Position numbers and translations under genes: made by a program. Positions 1-12,428 of a DNA stretch of 64,000 bases are shown piece after piece. The DNA comes from Macrostomum lignano (Eukaryota), in NCBI GenBank assembly GCA_002269645.1, contig NIVC01002668.1:62001-126000 (forward strand), given 5' to 3'. Under the pieces are notes generated by a model, which saw only the letters and a program-made list of their open reading frames with translations, was not told where the DNA came from and made no database searches. Numbering within the stretch: position 1 is the stretch's first letter; the number at the start of each line of letters is the position of its first letter.

Positions 1-2013
1 AACCGGACGCGGCTACGGCATGAAAGTGATAGTGTTCATCACCGAGATGGAGCGGCCGCTCGCCCGCTGCATCGGCAACGCCGTCGAGGTGGCCGAAGCT
101 CTGCAGGTGCTGAATGGAGGCGACGCGGCCTCGGCCGGCCTGCGCGAGCTGGTGGCGCGCCAAAGCGGCTGCCTGCTGCGCCTGACCGGCAAAGTCGCAA
201 CGGACGAGGCCGGTGCTGCGGCGGTGCGCAACTCTTGGAGCGACGGCTCGGCGCTGAAGGCGATGCGGCGCATCCTGGTGAACCAGGGCGTCTCCGAGGC
301 GCTGGCCGACAAGCTGTGCGAGCGGGGCCAGTTCAGCGTGCAGGAGTACCTGAGCCGGATGGGCCGGGAGCCGCTGTCTGTTACTCAGCTGAGCAGTCCC
401 GCTTCCGGTGAGTGCATTGTACTCAGGGGAGCTCAAATCCGCTAAGTCACTAAGTTTAGCAATTTGTCAAGAGTGATCCAGCTGCGCCTTGAGTAGTTCA
501 TCAACAGGTTGGTGATCAGGATAACCGTAAAATATATAGTAAAAGTACAACTTAAGGACTTTTGGACCATCATTGGCCTGGAGGTTGTTGTGCGATTTCA
601 CAGTCACGAAGGCCGGCCCCAAGGCGCAGAGAGTCTACAAAACATGCCTGATGATTAGAAAGTCAGAGCCGATGTACACCCTTAGTGAGCGTGTGTATGA
701 ACGCGTGCTTTGTACATTATGTGCTCATGGGGTGGCGGAATGGACAGAATTGTCATGACCTATCGTTGTGGGACGATGTCGCCAAAAGGTGTAGCGCCAC
801 CTCAAATTTATAATGGGGCCCTTCCCCTCCCCAGTGATAGATCCTGGCTACACTCTTGATGCTAAAACGAGTCACTTCATGCTCATGCACGCTCAAGGCT
901 CCTTCAAATGAATTTTAATCACCAAAGACATTGTTTACTAAGTTCACCCCAGGAGGCCCTACATATAGTTCGTAGGATTGCCTTCGAATGAAGCCTACTA
1001 CAAGAGTTATAGGTGTTCACAAGGTGGACTTTAAAGGCAAATTAACTTGATACCACAAATGAAAGCAACATTCAGAACTCGAAGAGGCAAAAGCATTCAT
1101 GCCTTATGACGGCACACGCTCACACAGGGTGAACAGCGGCATGGGAGGCCATGACTGTGAGTCGTCGTGATTCAGGAGTAAGACGCGTTTACCGCTGAGG
1201 CACTCTGCCTCATAACCACATGCTAGGATAAATGCTACATGCTACGAATGCCCTTTGATTGCAGGTTTCGTGTCGGACATTGACGCCCTGTCTCTGGCCA
1301 AGATCTGCCATCAGCTCAGCAGGCCGGAGCGTCTCGGTGGCAAGCTGGATCATTCAACCGGACTCGAGCTGCTGGTTGTCAAGGGTGACGCTGTTAAACA
1401 GGGTACGTTTTTGTCTGAGCTAAACTGTAGTAGGAAGCTTCCAAATTTTAGACCGAGTCAGTGTAGGTAAAAATCAATTTCATTAAAGCCGCTGAATCAA
1501 TTTACGAAGAATTTTTCTAATTTTTAAAAAAAATACTTTGGGAAGTGTGAGTAAATTTTGAAATCAAGAATGTACTTTCACAATCGAGAATGTACTTTCA
1601 CAATCGAGAATATACTTTCACAATCGAGACTGTACTTTTTTCACAATCGAGAATGTACTTTCACAATCGATAATGTACTTTCACAATCGATAATGTACTT
1701 TTACATTCTAGAATGTACTTTCACAACAATAAATGTACCTTTAGAATCGTTAATTGTCTAAATCGTAAATCGAAAATCGTAAATAAATATATTTACTTTA
1801 ACAATCAAGATGGTACTTCTGCACGTCTTGCACTTCCCTTTATGACCAAACTCAATGAACAATTTCCTTACTGCAGGCAGCCCGTGGGTGACGGTGTACC
1901 ACAGTGACCCGCTGACTGAGCGTCAGAGACAGGGTATTGACGCGTGCCTTCAGGTAACCAAGGAGCGGCCCCAGGTGCTGTCCCTAATCCGTGAGATCTT
2001 CCCACAGCATTGA
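1..2013 (+). CDS. TYMP: Thymidine phosphorylase, 3' part (5'-truncated by the window)
   Basis: Exons <1..407, 1265..1402 and 1877..2013, all GT-AG with matching phase 1. The translation has the family motif ITEMERPLARCIGNAVEVAEAL and the C-terminal LDHSTGLELLVVKGDAVKQGSPWVTVYH. TGA at 2011-2013; AATAAA near 2087. Confidence 0.9.
1568..1740. repeat. 20-bp minisatellite (GAATGTACTTTCACAATCGA), about 8 degenerate units, in a TYMP intron
   Basis: Tandem units read directly from the sequence. Confidence 0.85.
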
Positions 2014-2980
2014 TCGGAAGACGCAGCTTATAATTAAACGTCGATAAAGCGATAGTGAACTTTCATTTTAGCGATTACCATTATCTAATAAAAAATGCTG
2101 AATTCAAATTAAAGTAGCTAGTATCCAAGTATCCCTCTTTATTATATATGTATGTATTAGTACTACATACATATACTAATAGCATTTCCCAGCCAATGGA
2201 GCCCTAAGAAAAAGCAGTTCAAATCCTCAGTGGGAGAATCAGGCTATTGAAGACTTGCTTCTTGCATTGTCCATGGCCCAAAAGGTGGTCTGTGGAGCGG
2301 CCTATATTCTGAGAACTTTTCCACAGCATATATTCAGCGATTGAAATCCAGGCTGATGAAATTTTCAGAAAATGTTTTCGAAGCTCTCCTTGCTAAATCC
2401 TTTAACTGTTATATCTATTTTTGTCTGATGAGAGATCTGCTGGTTCCTATAGTTTCAAGTTTTTACGGCTATGGAAGAGATTAATTGCGTACCGAACTCT
2501 CAATTTCGCTGCTTCACAGACTCCCATTTAGGCCATAGACAGGTAAAAGCAAGTCATCAATCGCTTGAGCCTCTCAGTAAAGATTCAACTGCTTGCTAAT
2601 TATAGGCAACCACTAGTGCACGAGGCTTCTATAGCCACACTGTCTCAATCAACGGATGGCACGCTAGGCGTGCCATGGCTTATCAAACTCGTCCCCACTG
2701 TCAATGAGCACTGTGTCAGCAAACGGCTAATTACATAAACTTGCTAACTTGGCAGCTTCTTTTTCCATCAATCGATTGATTTTACGCAGCCCTATCCTGG
2801 AGACTGTCTATAGCCAATATCGACCCCTCTTGCTTTTCTTTTACAGTATTTTTTCAAAATAGAATGACTGACTCTCTGGAGTAAAACTTTACGATTTTAT
2901 AACATATATTTTTGTGCCCTAGGCTACCTTATTACTGCTTTCAATACTGGTTCTAATCAAATCCTTCGAGACAAGTATAA

Positions 2981-4715
2981 ATGGCTAGCAATTTTCATGA
3001 GGATGCCGTTGACTTTCTTGACGACTCACCGGCTTTGACCAGTGATAACAGCGCCAGCGAGTACGCAAGCATTGATGGCGAGGTGGATGAAGAAGATGGC
3101 CAGAGTGACGTGGAAGGCTCTCAGGTAGAAGAAGCTTTGATTGAAAATGGATGGAATTTCGTTCAGGAGGGCGAAGACTCGCGTCTCCGGGATGCGCCAG
3201 AATTCCTCGGAGTGCCCGGTCTGAACCCGGATCTATTAGCCCAAGCGCCGGAAAACACAATGACTCGGATCGAATTCTTCCTCTAGCACTTTATTACCTC
3301 TGATCTGGTGTCTGCCATTCGATTTTGGACCAATGCTCGAGCTGATTTCGAGCTCCAAAACATTGCAACTGAGGCTGATGGACCTCTTCCCCCCTTACTA
3401 TCATCTTGGAGACAATGCACCGAAAACGAAGTGAGGAAATGTCTCGCCATTGTCCTGTACATGGGTCTAGTGAAGAAGCCCGAATTGCACATGTATTGGT
3501 CGACTGGCGATTTCTACGGTGGTGAATATTTTCAAAAAGAGCATTGCCTCGGAAGGGATCGGTTCATTCAGATCTTGTCATTCCTCCGATTCTACGACTG
3601 CACCGCAGTAAATAATCACCAGGATTCCCTGAAGAAAATCAGGCCATTTTTAGACATTGCGCGATGGTATTTGCCAAGCCAACTACTGCCCGAATCAGGA
3701 CGTTTCAGTAGATGAAGAGTTGGTCATGTACAAAGGCAGACTCATTTTCCGACAGTTCATGCCCAACAAGCGCGCCAGGTTCGGCATAAAGGTCTACTGT
3801 CTCACAGAGGCTTCCACCGGATTTCTGTGGAACTTCCGTGTGCATGCTGTCAAGCAGGACAACGACAGGTTTGGAGAAGGAGTGAACTGCGGGAATTTAT
3901 CTTTCAGTGAAAAGATTGTTGTCGAGCTAAGCAAGGACTTGCTGGGCTTGGACTACCGGATCTACTGTGACAGCTGGTTCACGTCGCTTCGCCTAGCTCA
4001 GTTTCTGCTCGAACGTAATACCATGCTGACAGGAACCGTGAGAGTCGACCGAGGCATCCCCAACGAGCTAAAGGTGCTGGCACTGCAACCCATAAGTCAC
4101 TCTCACATGCGCCGAGACGATGTTCTTGCCGTCAAGCTCGTTGACAGAAAGGCCAGTGGTCGCAAAACTGTCTACCTTTTGGACACCCACGGCGTCGCTG
4201 GAAGCACGGAAGTGAGGCGAGTAATTCGAGGCGGCGTGGTGGAGACAGTTTTGAAGCCCAACTCATTGCTGCAGTACAACAAGAGTATGGGAGGCGTCGA
4301 TCGCCTTGACGCAGCGCTACAACCCTACAGTGCAGGAAGAAGGACGCACAGGTGGCACCAGAAGCTCGGGTTTCATATTTTGCTTCAGTTGGTGCGCAAT
4401 GCTTGGATTTGTTACTGCCATTCTGGCAACTGCATGAAGTTCTTAGACTTCTTGGAGGCCACGATCCGCCTTCTGATGGAGCAGACGGGTCGGGGAAAGC
4501 GGCAGAACACATCGAAGCGTCGAGCTGCCTCGCTGCATACCCCATCCAAACTACCACCGACAGAGGCCAATATGAGACCGACTAAGCGGTGCAGAGTCTA
4601 CTATGGAAACGGCTCGGTCAAGCGAACTGTCTACGTGTGCGATGCTTGCCCTGGAGAGCCTGGACTTTGCGCAGCCCCTTGCTTTCAGAGCTGGCACACT
4701 GCCGCGGGGAACTGA
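2981..4715 (+). mobile_element. piggyBac/PGBD4-like transposase, inactivated
   Basis: Three consecutive ORF pieces: an acidic N-terminus, an in-frame TAG at 3284-3286, and a frameshift near 3660. DDD motifs VDEEL, YCDSWFTS and GGVDRLD are present. The C-terminal Cys-rich domain is RCRVY..VCDACPGEPGLCAAPCFQSWH. No TTAA-flanked TIRs were found. Confidence 0.92.
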
Positions 4716-6101
4716 TTGTACAGTCGACTTACTGTTACTCTGTAATCATCTGAATTCCTGACATCCAAACCGATCCCCTTCTGCCGAATTATCTTGTGAA
4801 TTTTCTATTGTTACAAGTCAGAGAGTAAGCTACTTCTCGCTTGTTTTATGTTAAAGTGCTAGTTAAATTAGCTAAGCTTCTTTACCTCCTTAGCTTGTTT
4901 CAATAGTTCGTACAAGTCCCAGTTCGTATAATTCCGAGTCCGTCGAAGTCCCATGTGTCTCAAAATCCCAGTTATTCGAATCCCAGTGCTTCAATTGTTA
5001 TACTATTTTGCTAAACTATTTACTTAGAATTTCGAATTCTTAAAATAAAAAATTTCCTCTGACACTGAACATGGAATAACAAGAACAAAAAAGTCTTTCG
5101 ATCTATGAGTGAGTTGTGGGGATGTAGAAAACTGAGAAGTCAGAAAAAAAGATTGTGCCATAGACACGTTAAGCAAGAAATATTTCTTTCTAGTATATAA
5201 TATGGTACGCCCAGCATGCCATCCGTGAAGACGGGGTTGGGATTCATGCAAAAGATATTTTGTGATCTTATGATTTGATTAAAAATACTTTGAAGTGAAA
5301 CAGTATCAATAAATATTAAATTTAGAGTTGTTTATTGATTTGCATAAAATGCATCTCATATTCATCAACTATAGCCATACTGTACCATTCAGCAAATACA
5401 CAACACAAGACCAAATTAAAGCATACAGTTTGTTCGTCAAAAACGAATCGAGTAATGATTCAAATTCAAATTATAATATTCTCAGTTTTAACAAACATTG
5501 TTTATATTTTTTGGATTATAAATATACTTCATTAGTTTACTGCGTAATAAATCTGTGTATAAGTAGAGTAGCTAGCAGCAGGCTAATATTTAAATCATAA
5601 ATTCTGAGATTTAGTTGCTAGTTGACTTCGGTATTAAAGAAAAACTTGAATAGAAACGTCCAAACAGAAAGTGCCGTTAATTCTGGGGAAATTTCTGAAT
5701 AAATGTTGTCGGAATAAAAATAAAACGATAGGTAAAATATGGATAATTAGAGTATAATTTAGCGTTCGAATAAAAGTTTTTTTTTAAAAACGAGATTAAA
5801 TATTCAAAATTTTCGTATCTTGATTTTATAGATTTTGAGTAATTATTGAGTAGATTATATCTCGGATATATTAATGATTTTATAGTCAATGTGTGTTGAT
5901 TAGCTAAAATGGAAAATCAACTCATCAGGCCTCCCGTGTGACCTAACGAACCACAGATGAGGCCCCGAAATCACTACAAATTAAGCAATACACACTATAG
6001 GATTTCTAAGTTGAACCAGAAAATCTCTTGTCAGCACATGGCTATCAGTTCAGATTCGGAGTCGATTGAAAATTTCATTCAGAACATGCAGCTAGCTTCA
6101 C

Positions 6102-9100
6102 TCAGCTAATTTCCAACATTAGACGAATACTTCTCAGCATTGGTCTGATCACGTATACATAGTCAGCTGCGTAAAGCCACTGCATATTTCTCGAACTGTT
6201 CCATCTGCTGCCGATCTCCGACAAGTTAAAGTAGCCGTTTGGATTGACGTAGGTGCAGCTGTCGTACCACCATCCAGCGTTACTATTCTGTCTTGAGCAG
6301 CGAGAATTCGACCCCGAGTCCATTGTTGAGAAGGTCAGATTGTTGTTGTAGGAGAATGCGTCCTTAGAGGTGTTGGAGCTGCCGGGCAGGTAACCGCTGA
6401 CACTCAGCCTGTACCGCGTGCTGGCGCTGCCAACCGAGAAGTGAGAGTACTCGCACACGTACAGCTTGCCGTTCTGATGGTTGCGAGCTTCCATTCGAAA
6501 CAGGCGCGGCGTTGCGCCACTCAGACTGTGGATCTTCTGCAGGCCTGCAGTTGTATTAGTTGGTGATGTGGCGGCCCGAAAAGCATCCGACATTATTTTT
6601 TTTTATTAGAGGCAGGGGGGTTGTGTGCACCCTGGCGCACTTTAAGCGACATGGGCACACAACCGGCGAGAGGCATTGCTGCCCATTCCACCGACTCCCC
6701 TGAGCAGGCATACAAGCGCGCGGATACGTACGCAGGCACACACTCACACAGGAGTGTACAGCGGCCCTAACTTTATATTATCGTTAGGCATGTACACTTC
6801 ACTGCGCCTTGGGGGGTTGGCTCTCAAGGCCGTTAATTGCACGAGCAGAGCCAAGCGGAGATTCCAATTCAGCCCCAAATTAATGTAACTGCACTTGGAA
6901 TCGAGCCTGGGTCGCTGGCACACCAGAGCAGCCGCGCTACCGCTGGGCTACGGCCCCCCTAAGCATCCGACATACTCGAAATACAAGACAATACATGTAG
7001 CTGTGTGCTGGGAGTTCCCCACTTTCTAAGCGATTCACTTAGCTGTGAAGAGATTGACTAGCTACTTAATCCGTTGAGCACCCTCCCCTAGTTCTCTCTC
7101 GTGACTCTTTCAACAGTATACTCACATATCTATACCATGCGTCCACCCTGGACCCTGGACCCACCTATCCATCAATCAATTCATCAACTCCAGGGGCGCA
7201 ACCAGGGGGGGGGCCTTTAGGCGGAGACCCAAAAAAATCGAAGGGGGGACCAAGCGAATTTTCGCAAAAAACAGAGCCACCCCTCCGCCCCCCCCCCCGG
7301 GACTTTACCCTCCAGAATCCCACCCTCAAAAAATTTCTGTTTGAATTCATCCATTCATTCACTTACTCATCTATCTATCAATTCGTCCACCAAAGGACCA
7401 AATGAAAACTGAATACTACGGACGGTCACAAATTCAGAAATCTCTTCGGTCGCCTATAACTGACCATCGGTCTCGTCTAACACTCGACCTACTGACATAA
7501 TAAAAACTTCTAAAATTTTTCGCAAGGCTTTGCTTAAAGTTTTTCGACTCACGCTAAACAACTGGCCCGACGCCACTCACCGATCCAGAAGTCAATATCG
7601 TCACCGAAGCCAGTCTCGTACTCAGTCCAGTTTCGCTGAAAACTCACTTTATCGGTGAGTCGCTGCTGAATTATTGTGAAACAACGACCGTCTCGCTTAA
7701 CTCGCTTAGCAAAGTCGGCTGTGCACAGCTCGGCCCGGGAACTGAGGCTGGAGCAGCTGGCTGCACTCCCAAGTGGTTTCATTCTCCATGATGAAGTGAT
7801 TCGGCTGGACTCGAAGAGGCACTGCTCAGCAACCAGCGATGTCACGCGCCACTGCACGTGTCGCCAGATATCAACAGGTTCCAAAAGAAGCACAGACCTG
7901 AAGTTGAACAATATTTTGCTAATAAAACTTTGAATCGACGTAAGAAATGGTCAAAAGACATATGAGCATTATGGAAAATCAAAGAGCTAAAATGGCAAAA
8001 GTCTTGCAATGTCATAAATGCCTTGCGTAAGAGGGCGATCCTTTGTGCGAATTTAATCCAAAGCATAAGAAACTGTGGGACAGAATCAGCCAGCTGCTAG
8101 AAGTTGATGAAACAGTGAATTCCCACCTGTCTCAGTGGTGGTGGATAGTTGCCTGCAGCGTTAGCAGCAGCACCTCCAATACTGTTTTGGTTGTACAGGA
8201 CTTATTGCATATGCTTCCAACTTCTTGCTATTGATCTTGTGATAGAAACTGTTGGGTGACTACACTCCTAGCTCATAAAAAACGTATTACAGAAGAATAC
8301 GACTCCCTAAACTGAAGGACTCACTTGATGTTTTTCGATAGCATAACTAATTCAGAAGCTGAAAGGACCAATTTGAATTTTGGATGCTTGATAAACTTGC
8401 AAACTTTAGGAGCGTTCACTGCGTCATCGAATAAAATAATCACACATTTTGTGCAAAATGACGACAGTATTTTTATGTCATGCGAGCAGGCAGAATAGTG
8501 AACTGCTGCTAAAAAGCGCTCAGAAATTATATACTAATAACGCATTCGCAAAAACCGAAACCGAAATTTCAAAGGGGATGTCAACTTAAGCACCAGAATG
8601 GAGCCCGAAGTTCAGCTCCGGACCAAACCGACTGCAATCGATAACTTGTCGGCCCAGACGACTAGAATCGCCGAGACATCCCATCCGGCTCCCTTCCTTG
8701 GGGTCCCAGGGGATAAAGGGGATAAAATGGGGATCTCATGTCAACTTAAGGCTCTGGAATGGAGCTCGAAGTTCAGCTCCGGACCAAACCGACTGCAATC
8801 GATAACTTGTCGGCCCAGACGACTAGAATCGCCAAGACATCCCATCCGGCTCCCTTCCTTGGGGTCCCAGGGGATAAAGGGGATAAAATGGGGATCTCAT
8901 GTCAACTTAAGGCTCTGGAATGGAGCCCGAAGTTCAGCTCCGGACCAAACCGACTGCAATCGATAACTTGTCGGCCCAGACGACTAGAATCGCCGAGACA
9001 TCCCATCCGGCTCCCTTCCTTGGGGTCCCAGGGGATAAAGGGGATAAAATGGGGATATCATGTCAACTTAAGGCTCTGGAATGGAGCCCGAAGTTCAGCT

Positions 9101-11205
9101 CCGGACCAAACCGACTGCAATCGATAACTTGTCGGCCCAGACGACTAGAATCGCAGAGACATCCGCTGTGCCACTATGTTCCGCTATGTCATTGAGTGCT
9201 GCTTTGCTGCCATTTAGCAGGACAAATGTGTTAACGAGAGGCACAAACCGTATCAGTGGCTGCCGTCAGCCGGCTTCAGTGAGCCCAGCCGATTAGACGT
9301 TGTTATCGAGACCTCGATGGCAAAGTACAACCGGGCGCAGTCGGTTTGGTCCGGAGCTGAACTTCGAGCTCCATTCCAGAGCCTTAAGTTGACATGAGAT
9401 CCCCATTTTATCCCCTTTATCCCCTGGGACCCCAAGGAAGGGAGCCGGATGGGATGTCTCGGCGATTCTAGTCGTCTGGGCCGACAAGTTATCGATTGCA
9501 GTCGGTTTGGTCCGGAGCTGAACTTCGGGCTCCATTCCAGAGCCTTAAGTTGACATGAGATCCCCATTTTATCCCCTTTATCCCCTGGGACCCAAGGAAG
9601 GGAGCCGGATGGGATGTCTCGGCGATTCTAGTCGTCTGGGCCGACAAGTTATCGATTGCAGTCGGTTTGGTCCGGAGCTGAACTTCGAGCTCCATTCCAG
9701 AGCCTTAAGTTGACATGAGATCCCCATTTTATCCCCTTTATCCCCTGGGACCCCAAGGAAGGGAGCCGGATGGGATGTCTCGGCGATTCTAGTCGTCTGG
9801 GCCGACAAGTTATCGATTGCAGTCGGTTTGGTCCGGAGCTGAACTTCGAGCTCCATTCCAGAGCCTTAAGTTGACATGAGATCCCCATTTTATCCCCTTT
9901 ATCCCCTGGGACCCCAAGGAAGGGAGCCGGATGGGATGTCTCGGCGATCCTAGTCGTCTGGGCCGACAAGTTATCGATTGCAGTCGGTTTGGTCCGGAGC
10001 TGAACTTCGGGCTCCATTCTGGTGCTTAAGTTGACATCCCCTTTCAAATTTCTTCATTTCAATGTCATAATATCATCAAACCTGAGTTCTCGGCACTGCA
10101 ATGATGTAGTGCAGAGCAGCCGCAGCTGAGCGGACCTCCAGTCTGCCGACACCATCAGCGGACCCACCTCGAACCGAGCACTCAACGAAGAGCTCACCGA
10201 TCTCTCAGCAGTCCACAGCCGCATGAAGTCGACCGAGAGAGGCGACAAGTCGGCCAACTGAGTCCTCACAGCATCGCGTGTGGCCTCATCTTGCAGTACC
10301 AGATCCAGCTTCAGGTAGTGCATGTCTCGGCTGTAGTCATACCTGACTGACTCGCTGCTCAAGCTGGAGATGTTGTGGCACAGCAGAGGCTCGATGAGGA
10401 AGTGGCCCTTCATGTCGAGTCTCTGGTGCACTCGGGCAGAGCAGTTCTCGAGATTGACGGTGCGGCTGAATTTCAGCTGTCGGCATGTCATCAGGGGTGA
10501 GAATCTTTGTGCGTTTATCTCTGAGTCGAGGAGGATGTCATTCTGCAGCCGGAGGCGACTCTGAACATCGTGGCAGGAGCCGTTTGCAATGATTGAAGCT
10601 GTTAGCTTCACTTTTTCAAGAGCTTCTCGGGGTGAATTTCTAAGGCCATCACTGTTCTTCTGACTGTACACGCATTGCATTGGAAGAATGTTTTCAATTA
10701 ACCATGTCTTTGGAACTCGACTTGAATTGTCCTCCGAGCTGATGTTTTTCAATCTGAGAGTGGCGACTGGCTCATCCGGAGTCCACAGGACGCCCAAAGC
10801 CCGAATCGATGAGCGGGTGTCGGCTGAGACGCTGATGTTGGTCACCGTGGCGAAGCTCACAGACCTCGGTGACAGATGCCGCAGTTGACGCTGAGCCTCT
10901 GCGAGCATCCCAGCGTCCCGCATCAATACAGGAACGCTGAAGTACAGCTGCTGGGTGATGAAGTCGAATCGGGGAGCAATGCCTACTAGGCTGTCCGTCA
11001 CGCACATGAGCGGCTCGACTGCCAAGTGCGGACCGTCGCTCTCTCCCGTGTCGTGCACGAACAGCGCGCAGCCGTTCACGCTGAGCTGCGCCACGAAGCG
11101 GAGCCGCGGAGAGTCAGCGGGAGCGCACTGGGAGACCTGGCCGGCTGCCAGCGAGCAGAGCAGCAGAGCCAGCAAAGTTTTGAAAAGCAAATTTAGTTGC
11201 TCCAT
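6102..11205 (-). CDS. FReD-1: secreted protein, signal peptide + two copies of an unrecognised domain + fibrinogen C-terminal domain (627 aa)
   Basis: Exons 11205..10082, 7897..7581 and 6544..6102 (1884 nt; intron phases 2 and 1 are consistent). Hydrophobic N-terminus LLALLLCSLAAG. FReD motifs IIQQR..VSFQRNWTEYETGFG..DFWIGL, FSTMD and GWWYDSC..VNPNG. Confidence 0.85.
6594..6960 (-). mobile_element. tRNA-derived SINE, family A, copy 1
   Basis: Minus-strand head with an A box (TAGCCCAGCGG) and a B box (GGCTCGATTCC), an A-rich tail, and a 13-bp TSD AAGCATCCGACAT (6581-6593 and 6961-6973). Confidence 0.88.
8574..10041. mobile_element. Foldback-type element with inverted arms built of 161-bp tandem repeats
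   Basis: Termini GGGGATGTCAACTTAAGCACCAGAATGGAG are inverted. About 3.7 forward units, a ~170-bp spacer and about 4.4 reverse units. 7-bp TSD TTTCAAA (8567-8573 and 10042-10048). Confidence 0.88.
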
Positions 11206-11619
11206 TATCTTTGTTCGTGAGAATTGAAGACTCTACAATCTGCTTTGTGTTTAAAGATGTGTAGAATTTTACAAACGCGTTTTAAAATAGGTTGAATTGC
11301 ACTTTATCTTTGCTGTTAGCATTCTTTTATTTATAATAGTCTGCAATTTAGAAATGCGTGACAAACGGGAACACTATAGAAAGTTTTGAATAAATAAATG
11401 CTCTATAATTAGGAAGAGACGCTTTAAAAACATATCTATTTTTAATCTGCAAGAGCTTCTGATTGCCTATTCAGATACAGGATGCTAATGCAGAATTTCA
11501 GCGCGATCAAGTTCAGGGGTTATTTTTATACTATCAAGTGAGCTTCGGCAGTCTCGAGACTAAACACCCTGGAGGCCGGGTCGAGCTATAGTTGATAAAA
11601 GGTGAAGGAGAATTCTGTT

Positions 11620-11712
11620 TACAGTGCTTACAGTGCTTCCAGTGCTTACAGTGCTTCCAGTGCTTACAGTGCTTCCAGTGCTTACAGTGCTTACAGTGCT
11701 TACAGTGCTTAA
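11620..11712. repeat. 9-bp tandem repeat (CAGTGCTTA/CAGTGCTTC)
   Basis: About 10 units visible directly. Confidence 0.85.
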
Positions 11713-12428
11713 AGTGCCTAAAGTACTAGCAGAGACTTTGAGGTTGCCCTTAGCTTCGCAATTCAACAACAGCTTCGAACCTAACTGCTACCTGCATGTA
11801 CTGACAGTGACGTATATCAAACTACAATTCATTGTCAGAGGATAAAAACAAGGCTAAATATTGTAAAATTTATTTACTATATGGCTGACTAATTTGATAT
11901 GAGAACTTTGTTGACAAAATAACTCAGAATTATCTTTATTCAATTATCGGACTTTCTAAATCCAATAGACTCAAAAGGCTACAGATCTTTATACTTAAAG
12001 ACGCGATTCACAAAATCTATGTGATGCAGCAGACATGGCTCTTAATTGTCTCTCTGTGCTCAAGCAGACTTTATCAGACTGAGTCTTCTAAGCATTTGGA
12101 CGAGTTTGACGCTTTTCAGATCAATTAAAAAAGCCTCACTCAATTGTTAGCACAGGACGCAGCAGTAGTGCAACTCGAGTATAGACATTATTCAATTTTA
12201 TTTAATCAATTTCTATTTATCAAAAATGACTTTTAAAAGACTTCTTAAAGTACAATGACCAATTAATTTGCTATTTTGAATCAGGCAAAAAAGAGATGAC
12301 GATTACTCAGTTAATCATAGAAAAATTTAATATATTAACAATGCAGATTAGATTAGATGCCGTCAGATTAAGAGATATTTAGACATTATTGCTGAGCATT
12401 TGTGAGAATTCATTTGTTTCTTTTCCTG

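Noticed and set aside
468-858. CAAGAGTG...CACTCTTG inverted ends as a MITE
   Set aside because: Only a short imperfect match, and no target-site duplication.
2014-5400. piggyBac TIRs, and a TYMP-piggyBac exon-trap fusion via the acceptors near 2847 and 2922
   Set aside because: No TTAA-flanked inverted pair was found. An in-frame TAA lies between the 2922 acceptor and the transposase ATG, and TYMP has its own stop and polyA signal.
6900-6960. tRNA genes at the SINE heads (also near 25090, 32800 and 63690)
   Set aside because: A/B boxes are present, but they continue into SINE bodies with tails and TSDs, and no complete cloverleaf is evident.
8598-10047. Repeated MEPEVQLRTKPT ORFs as a peptide gene family
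   Set aside because: They are translations of the 161-bp foldback units on both strands, inside an intron.
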